33,848 nucleotides of DNA from a virus (lineage: Duplodnaviria; Caudoviricetes): the IMG/VR virus record IMGVR_UViG_3300014208_000095, positions 1 to 33,848 of that record; one strand, written 5' to 3'. The notes under the pieces were generated by a model. It was given only the letters and a program-made list of their open reading frames with translations, did not search any database and was not told the DNA's origin. Positions 1-4,645 of this stretch are shown here, in pieces (the stretch's first letter is position 1; every line of letters starts with the position of its first letter). Both the position numbers and the translations under genes were made by a program.

Positions 1-207
1 GGAAGAGCTTTTTGGAAATAGAAAAAAAGAAATGTCATACGTTATCAAAAGGGAGAGGGGGTTGGATTTAAAGCAATGTTTACCTTAAGATAGAGTGTCG
101 CACAATATATCTTATACGACACTCGACAGTTCTTTTTTTACTAGCCTTGATAAGCTAGTTAATACGTTCAGTATAGTATATTGTAATGGACGGGACAAGT
201 GGATAAC

Positions 208-360
208 TCAATCGTATATTTCCCATTTAAATGTTATTACTTTTCTTTTGCGTGCGTTTTTGATCCTTTTCATGTAAATTCTGTTGTAAACTATTTGAGT
301 ACTTGAGATACCGTATTTAGCCTGGTATTCTTTCACACTCATCCATTTCTTCTTCGGCAT
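208..360 (-). CDS. Small helix-turn-helix DNA-binding protein (excisionase/Cro-like), 50 aa
   Basis: MPKKKWMSVKEYQAKYGISSTQIVYNRIY fits a 'SVKEYA..YGIS.QTVY..I' HTH pattern. Start moved to ATG 360, just downstream of a consensus promoter; the ORF track's TTG at 423 is the -35 box. Confidence 0.7.
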   Translation of the reverse strand: MPKKKWMSVKEYQAKYGISSTQIVYNRIYMKRIKNARKRKVITFKWEIYD

Positions 361-394
361 ATATCGTTTTAATGTAATTGGTAATGATAAGGTA

Positions 395-423
395 ATTATA
401 CAGTAACTATTTAACAGTGTCAA
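395..423 (-). promoter_or_regulatory. Consensus sigma70 promoter TTGACA-17 bp-TATAAT
   Basis: Minus strand TTGACA (423-418), 17-nt spacer, TATAAT (400-395), upstream of the HTH gene. Confidence 0.9.
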
Positions 424-429
424 GTCTAT

Positions 430-448
430 TTATCCCCAGTTATCCACA
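430..448. promoter_or_regulatory. Tandem DnaA boxes (TTATCCCCA, TTATCCACA) 6 bp upstream of the -35 box
   Basis: One perfect and one single-mismatch match to TTATCCACA. Further boxes at 198-206, 958-966, 1462-1470, 1500-1508 and 11544-11552. Confidence 0.75.
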
Positions 449-452
449 TACT

Positions 453-479
453 AAAAAGCCCTCGTTATGAGAGCTTTTT
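453..479 (-). terminator. Intrinsic terminator, possibly bidirectional
   Basis: Minus strand AAAAAGCUCUC-AUAAC-GAGGGCUUUUU spanning the stop codon of the 73-aa ORF. Confidence 0.75.
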
Positions 480-686
480 TAACTTATCAAATTGGTCTCG
501 CTTGATGTAGATTGGATCGCCTTTTTTTAAGTCCTTGTAGGCATATCCGATTTTCCATGCGAGTTCATTGAGTACTATTGTCGGTTCTTTGTCAGGCTCT
601 ACACACATGTTTGGTTTTTTCTCCATAGAGCACCACAAAGACCTCAATGTTTTCCCTCCTAACGGAGAGATAAGTGTTAGAAACAT
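465..686 (-). CDS. Hypothetical protein, 73 aa
   Basis: ORF with ATG behind GAGGT and a hairpin-rich leader, ending in a terminator; no recognised motif. Confidence 0.55.
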   Translation of the reverse strand: MFLTLISPLGGKTLRSLWCSMEKKPNMCVEPDKEPTIVLNELAWKIGYAYKDLKKGDPIYIKRDQFDKLKKLS

Positions 687-833
687 ATAACCTCAACCGA
701 CTGTACACACCGCATAGCGTACACAGTCATTATATGATATAGTGAATTATGAGGGGTGAGTACTGGTCTCAACCCCAGGAAAGCCCCTCCCTTTAGGGGT
801 TGCCAATAAGGCAACACACTACCCTACTCTTTT

Positions 834-956
834 ATGAGAATTGTGTCAATAATAGTCGGTGGATTATTTTTACTCGGGTTATTTTTGGCGATGAAAGAAA
901 AACGATTGCCGAAGTATAAGAAGAGTGAAATTGATACGACGTACGGGAAGTGGTAA
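834..956 (+). CDS. Small single-TM peptide with basic tail, 40 aa (type I toxin-like architecture)
   Basis: Translated by hand: MRIVSIIVGGLFLLGLFLAMKEKRLPKYKKSEIDTTYGKW. Below the ORF-track cutoff. Confidence 0.5.
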   Translation: MRIVSIIVGGLFLLGLFLAMKEKRLPKYKKSEIDTTYGKW

Positions 957-957
957 G

Positions 958-1000
958 TGTGGATAAGTGGCTTGAACAGGTGGATTGACTGTGATAAGAT
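958..1000 (+). promoter_or_regulatory. DnaA box plus sigma70-type promoter (TTGAAC-17 bp-TAAGAT, extended -10 TG)
   Basis: TGTGGATAA 958-966; TTGAAC 972-977; TG 992-993; TAAGAT 995-1000. The predicted start near 1007 coincides with the first hairpin of the structured RNA. Confidence 0.6.
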
Positions 1001-1006
1001 ATAGGT

Positions 1007-1176
1007 GCTCGAAAGAGCGGACAACTAACAAGGGTTTTGTTTACAAATTAGAATATTAACAAAAGCTTTTTAGGAAAACTCTTCGGGAAGTTACTTCGGT
1101 AATTTCCTTAGAGAAATCTAGGGGCAGTGGGAGCAATCCCCCTTCCCGACTAGTTGTCCTGAGAAGCTTTTTTTTT
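1007..1176 (+). ncRNA. Unclassified highly structured RNA or leader (four-way junction, four canonical tetraloops, 3' U-tract)
   Basis: GCUC-GAAA-GAGC; 15-bp stem 1061-1075/1157-1171 with 2 G-U pairs; stem 1083-1090/1142-1149 enclosing UUAC-UUCG-GUAA, UAGA-GAAA-UCUA and GGGA-GCAA-UCCC; T9 at 1168-1176. Confidence 0.75.
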
Positions 1177-1228
1177 GTTCTTTTACAATACACCGTGAAA
1201 TTAAACTGACGGAAGGAGGTGCATGTGC

Positions 1229-1351
1229 ATGACTCAATTCAAGCCAAGAAGTTCTGTTACTGGAAGATTTGTAAAATCCTGGGTAGAAAAGAAATACCCT
1301 AAGACGACGTATGTTGATATGATCCGTTATCCAAAGAAAAAACAGGCTTAG
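1229..1351 (+). CDS. Small basic protein, 40 aa, 'RS..TGRFV......P.TT' family of unknown function
   Basis: AAGGAGGT SD 8 nt before ATG; MTQFKPRSSVTGRFVKSWVEKKYPKTTYVDMIRYPKKKQA. Resembles, from memory, a widespread family of ~45-aa proteins. Confidence 0.75.
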   Translation: MTQFKPRSSVTGRFVKSWVEKKYPKTTYVDMIRYPKKKQA

Positions 1352-1399
1352 GACCTGTTAATTCATAACGCTTTTTACTCACCTCACGGTGTATTGCGA
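1333..1399 (-). ncRNA. Putative ~65-nt antisense sRNA convergent with the 40-aa gene
   Basis: Bounded by the promoter at 1434-1406 and a hairpin plus U-tract (AACAGG-UCCUAAG-CCUGUU-UUUUCUUU, 1359-1333). Confidence 0.5.
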
Positions 1400-1405
1400 G
1401 AGAAA

Positions 1406-1434
1406 AATGTACCATTTTGGTACTGATTTGTCAA
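1406..1434 (-). promoter_or_regulatory. sigma70 promoter TTGACA-17 bp-TACATT with extended -10 and an overlapping palindrome
   Basis: TTGACA 1434-1429; TG-G-TACATT 1414-1406; palindrome GTACCA-TTT-TGGTAC 1409-1423. Confidence 0.65.
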
Positions 1435-1544
1435 GTATACCACTTAACTCAATCTTTGTGATGGGGATAAGTCCCCTCTCCCCTATTCTATTATAGTCCT
1501 GTGGATAATATTTTAGCTCTGTTGAGCTATTTTTATTATATTAT

Positions 1545-1572
1545 CTTACCTCTCTCCATGCAGAGAGGTAAG
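1545..1572. terminator. 11-bp hairpin, probable end of the late transcript
   Basis: CTTACCTCTCT-CCATGC-AGAGAGGTAAG downstream of the last lysis gene; no clear U-tract. Confidence 0.5.
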
Positions 1573-1659
1573 GAATACACCCACTTTCGTGAGTACCATT
1601 ACATCGTATTCAGCCAGGTACTAGCTATCATGTGTTCGCTGGCACTACGGGGGTAATAG

Positions 1660-1902
1660 TTATCTTTTAATAAAAGAACGAATCCATCCCCACACATGCA
1701 ACGCCCCAGTCACAAGAAAACCTCCATAGATAATCACGTTATAAACTGCGTCGGCATAAGATTGTAAATTCCCTTCGGTAACTTCTGCTCCTTGAAGTTT
1801 TACGACAAGCACTATAATTGGGATAAGCATGTACAAAAGAGATTTTACTCTCAAAGCTAGTTGCTCTTGATTTTGACTTGAACCGAGAAATCTTGGATAC
1901 AT
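1660..1902 (-). CDS. Holin-like membrane protein, 80 aa, 2 TM
   Basis: Two hydrophobic segments and a basic C-terminus; directly follows the peptidase. Confidence 0.65.
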   Translation of the reverse strand: MYPRFLGSSQNQEQLALRVKSLLYMLIPIIVLVVKLQGAEVTEGNLQSYADAVYNVIIYGGFLVTGALHVWGWIRSFIKR

Positions 1903-1911
1903 AGTATTAAA

Positions 1912-3009
1912 TTAAGAGTTAAATAGTTCTGGAAAATATTTTTTGTAGCCTTCTAAAAGATTTTTATCAACAAGTGCCCTTACTCTGTCTTTTGCTAATT
2001 CCTTTTCTTGTGGGCTTACCCAACTAATATCAATCTCTGAACCATATTCGATAGAGGGTAATATATTTTCTTTGTCTTCTATAGCCTCACTCAAAATAAA
2101 ACCTTTCATATTGAGGATTTGTTCATCTACAAAATGCCATTTTTTACTATCTTGAATAAGATAAATCTTTGGACCATTCAATTCTTTCACTAATTTACCT
2201 TGAAACGCAGATAGAAATGAAAGTACATCTTTCGGCATATCGGTGTTGAAGTACACCCCTGCGTCAAAGACTTTTGCAATATCCTCAAACTTTACATAGA
2301 AACATCCATCCACGCCATAGCGTTCGCTATAATGATTTCTTACTTTTGCTACTTTAAATCCATGATAATTCAAAATATGTCCACCAATAGCTGTGCAATG
2401 TCCGCCAACTAAATAACCGTTATATGGAGTAATAATTCCATGTTGATCTGGTTTATTGTAGCCTGAATACCAGTTACCCCCTGTATGCCCTATCTTTCCA
2501 TTGTCTAGTTCTTCTAAAATCTTATTGAGGTCATAGGTTTTATAGTAACTAGCACTTTTGTGTTTACTTGCATTTTGTAGATTTTCAGTCGTTAAAATAT
2601 TTGGATTCGAAAACTGTTCCCAGGAAAGATTATACTCACTCTCATCGTAAGTTTTATCAGGGATACCAACATCGACAAGTGCCTTTTGAAAATAAGAAAG
2701 TGATGTGCCTCGATCGGTCATTTGTCCTTTACTTCTTAAATACGCTGCCATCCACCTCGCCCATAAAACAGTACCCTCGTCTTTTTCTTTTTGTTCTGCA
2801 CCACCTTCGCAGACACAGGTATTCAAGTTTTTTTGGTTTCTCATCTGAATACCCGCAAGGTTGTCTACTTCCTGGAACTTTGGTGTATAGCTTCCTTTCA
2901 AGGCACTAAAAATACTTGACTGCACAAAGTCTCGGTCATCTTGCAATTCTTTGAGATAACCCCCTCTATGTTTCCATTGAAGATATTTCTCAATTAGTTT
3001 TTTAAACAT
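1912..3009 (-). CDS. Papain-fold (C1A-like) cysteine peptidase with C-terminal binding domain; putative endolysin or processing protease
   Basis: D.RDF pro-motif, RNQKNLNTC (oxyanion Q and catalytic C), GGHCTAIGG (His), VRNHYSERYGVDGCFY (variant of NSWG..WG..GYF); lies between holin-like genes. Confidence 0.8.
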   Translation of the reverse strand: MFKKLIEKYLQWKHRGGYLKELQDDRDFVQSSIFSALKGSYTPKFQEVDNLAGIQMRNQKNLNTCVCEGGAEQKEKDEGTVLWARWMAAYLRSKGQMTDRGTSLSYFQKALVDVGIPDKTYDESEYNLSWEQFSNPNILTTENLQNASKHKSASYYKTYDLNKILEELDNGKIGHTGGNWYSGYNKPDQHGIITPYNGYLVGGHCTAIGGHILNYHGFKVAKVRNHYSERYGVDGCFYVKFEDIAKVFDAGVYFNTDMPKDVLSFLSAFQGKLVKELNGPKIYLIQDSKKWHFVDEQILNMKGFILSEAIEDKENILPSIEYGSEIDISWVSPQEKELAKDRVRALVDKNLLEGYKKYFPELFNS

Positions 3010-3130
3010 ATAGTGAAATTAAGTACCAAATTAAAAGAAAAATAGCGAACGCGATAGTTGCGAAAAAACCAACCTTAATGAAATGAATAATGAGCCTTCC
3101 CACATTGATGAACCATTGTCGTATAGACAT
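3002..3130 (-). CDS. Small single-TM protein, 42 aa
   Basis: Translated by hand: MSIRQWFINVGRLIIHFIKVGFFATIAFAIFLLIWYLISLYV. AT-rich AAAAAT-ATG start; overlaps the peptidase start by 8 nt. Confidence 0.55.
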   Translation of the reverse strand: MSIRQWFINVGRLIIHFIKVGFFATIAFAIFLLIWYLISLYV

Positions 3131-3144
3131 ATTTTTGGGGATTG

Positions 3145-3161
3145 GGGGACGGAGTGTCCCC
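3145..3161 (-). terminator. GC hairpin closing the GC-rich cassette
   Basis: GGGGAC-ACUCC-GUCCCC begins in the TAG of the last zinc-ribbon gene; no U-tract follows. Confidence 0.45.
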
Positions 3162-3364
3162 TATTGGGCGTGAAACTGGGCGAGGACGTTGACGGTGGCT
3201 CCCATGAGCACGTAGTGCTCGAACCCGCAGGTGAAGCAGACGTAGTCGGCGTAGACGTTGCCGCAGATGACGTTGACGCTGTGGCGGTCGATGACGTGGA
3301 GACGCTTGATGCGACACTTGGGGCACACGAGCGTCGGCTGGATGTACTTCTCGTCGAGCTTCAT
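3161..3364 (-). CDS. Small zinc-ribbon protein, 67 aa (CPKC...CFTC)
   Basis: Two CxxC knuckles; GGAGGT-N5-ATG; codons mostly end in G/C. Confidence 0.8.
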   Translation of the reverse strand: MKLDEKYIQPTLVCPKCRIKRLHVIDRHSVNVICGNVYADYVCFTCGFEHYVLMGATVNVLAQFHAQ

Positions 3365-3365
3365 G

Positions 3366-3518
3366 CTAGACCTCCGTGTGCGCCCAGTAGTGAGCGCAGT
3401 GGTCGCAGTAGAGCTTGTCGATGACGTGAAAGAGCTTGCGCTCTCGCTTCCAGTTGTTCCAGTCGAACCAGACTTTGATGTACTTGCCGCAGAGACGACA
3501 TTGAAGGATGATAATCAT
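3366..3518 (-). CDS. Small zinc-ribbon protein, 50 aa (CRLC...CDHC)
   Basis: Translated by hand: MIIILQCRLCGKYIKVWFDWNNWKRERKLFHVIDKLYCDHCAHYWAHTEV. GGAGG-N5-ATG; ATGA overlap with the upstream stop; ends 1 nt before the next ATG. Confidence 0.8.
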   Translation of the reverse strand: MIIILQCRLCGKYIKVWFDWNNWKRERKLFHVIDKLYCDHCAHYWAHTEV

Positions 3519-3748
3519 GCAGCCCTCCTCCTGTCCTTCTTGAGGGGCTTCACGTCCTTCAGCTCGTGCTGGTACGCCATGCCTTCCTTGACCCGTCGCG
3601 CGTCCTCCTCGTCACGCTTCTTGGGCCAGTGGGGGCTTTTGGAGTAGTTTCCCTGGTGGCTTCCGCACCAGTCGCACTCCTCGATGGTGATACCCTCGAC
3701 TCCGCCGTAGTCACCCATCCTGAGTCCGCAACCGCATTGCGTTTTGAT
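3515..3748 (-). CDS. Small zinc-ribbon protein, ~77 aa (CGC...CDWC, charged tail); start uncertain
   Basis: Same frame as ORF 3515..3799. SD GGAGGT (3759-3754) lies 5 nt before an in-frame ATC at 3748; the upstream ATG 3799 falls inside the leader structure. Confidence 0.65.
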   Translation of the reverse strand: MKTQCGCGLRMGDYGGVEGITIEECDWCGSHQGNYSKSPHWPKKRDEEDARRVKEGMAYQHELKDVKPLKKDRRRAA

Positions 3749-3777
3749 AGCACACCTCCATCCAGTTAGCACTGTTG

Positions 3778-3857
3778 TTGAGACGCCCCACCCATCCATG
3801 AGTGGGTGTCAATCGGACAAGCATCACGATTGAGTGGGGAGTCTCAATGTAAAGAAC
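3778..3857 (-). promoter_or_regulatory. boxA-like motif plus three-way-junction RNA leader of the zinc-ribbon cassette
   Basis: GTTCTTTACATT (3857-3846); P1 UUGAGAC/GUCUCAA, P2 UCAAUCG/CGAUUGA, P3 CACCCA/UGGGUG. Confidence 0.65.
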
Positions 3858-4114
3858 TAATTATTTAACTTATTATGCGGACAACCTTCAATTCTTCCTG
3901 ATAATCTCTCTAATGTTTGCATCAACTCTTTGTGCGTCTCACTCATTTTTTCGTATGCTTTGGTGTTATGGTCAAAATGATTATTAAGCGTTGTGTTGAA
4001 CATCACATCTCTTTCTTGTTGGAGTTTATCTTTACGAATCATGTAATAGATAAGAACGACGACTGCTCCGAGACTGCCTCCTGCTGAAATTACCTTTATC
4101 AAAAATTCCTCCAT
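3857..4114 (-). CDS. Single-TM holin-like protein (BhlA/UviB-like architecture), 85 aa
   Basis: N-terminal hydrophobic helix plus coiled-coil tail; located in the lysis region. Confidence 0.6.
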   Translation of the reverse strand: MEEFLIKVISAGGSLGAVVVLIYYMIRKDKLQQERDVMFNTTLNNHFDHNTKAYEKMSETHKELMQTLERLSGRIEGCPHNKLNN

Positions 4115-4115
4115 A

Positions 4116-4352
4116 TTATTCCAGTGTTAATTCTAATCCGAGTTCTGCATTGATTGCGGTGATTTCTTGTTCTAAACGCACTACAATTGCTTGATTTTCT
4201 TCCTGGTCTGATTTTCCTCGTGCTTCCATTAAAATACCCTCTGTTATCGTATTTTTTGCGTTCTTATAATCCACTCGCATTTTTTCTATATCCATTTTTA
4301 TTTTTGGAGCTTCTTCAAGTTTAAATATTTCTCCGTTTTCTTGTATGAACAT
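4116..4352 (-). CDS. Hypothetical acidic coiled-coil protein, 78 aa (possible fibre chaperone)
   Basis: Coupled TAA-T-ATG to its neighbours, downstream of the fibre gene. Confidence 0.65.
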   Translation of the reverse strand: MFIQENGEIFKLEEAPKIKMDIEKMRVDYKNAKNTITEGILMEARGKSDQEENQAIVVRLEQEITAINAELGLELTLE

Positions 4353-4353
4353 A

Positions 4354-4644
4354 TTATGGTGTTGGTAAAGGATTAATTTCTTTATTTCCTCCTGGGTCGG
4401 AGCCTGGAGTGATTATTTTATTTTCTGGTAAAAGTTTGACGCTTTGTCCGTTCACATCCGTAATTTCGAGATACCCTTTTGTATTCAATTCAGTGATGAC
4501 AAATTGCCTCACTTGGTTAATACCCATACCAACTCCTTGTTCATAGGTCTCTTGTAACTTAGCAGACCGATACGACCACAAGTACCCGATAAATACCGCA
4601 AGAGCGATAACCACAATTCCTCCCAAGATATATAGTTTTTTCAT
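4354..4644 (-). CDS. Membrane-anchored hypothetical protein, 96 aa
   Basis: Start MKKLYILGGIVVIALAVFIGYLW at 4644, 1 nt after the fibre stop. Confidence 0.7.
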   Translation of the reverse strand: MKKLYILGGIVVIALAVFIGYLWSYRSAKLQETYEQGVGMGINQVRQFVITELNTKGYLEITDVNGQSVKLLPENKIITPGSDPGGNKEINPLPTP

Positions 4645-4645
4645 A

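Larger units (their letters stand above)
1178..1404 (+). repeat. Long-range inverted repeat enclosing the 40-aa ORF
   Basis: CAATACACCGTGA (1186-1198) and TCACGGTGTATTG (1384-1396) form a perfect 13 bp, extendable to 1178/1404 with 2 G-U pairs and 1 mismatch on the plus-strand RNA. Confidence 0.8.

Noticed and set aside
778-805. IS200/IS605-type end hairpin (GAAAGCCCCTCCCTTTAGGGG)
   Set aside because: Only a partial resemblance; no tnpA, tnpB or iscB and no matching second end.
824-1024. 66-aa minus ORF in the track
   Set aside because: It overlaps two promoters, a DnaA box and the more plausible plus-strand TM peptide.
1005-1030. c-di-GMP-I riboswitch suggested by the GAAA-capped hairpin followed by GGAC
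   Set aside because: It lacks the conserved GCAAA segments and the P3 tetraloop-receptor arm.
3075-3769. Overlapping ORFs 3083..3424+, 3258..3647+, 3566..3769+, 3075..3326- and 3559..3753-
   Set aside because: Shadow frames of a GC-rich segment. The three minus-strand Cys ORFs tile the island with proper SDs and coupling, and GTG 3753 has zero spacing from the SD.
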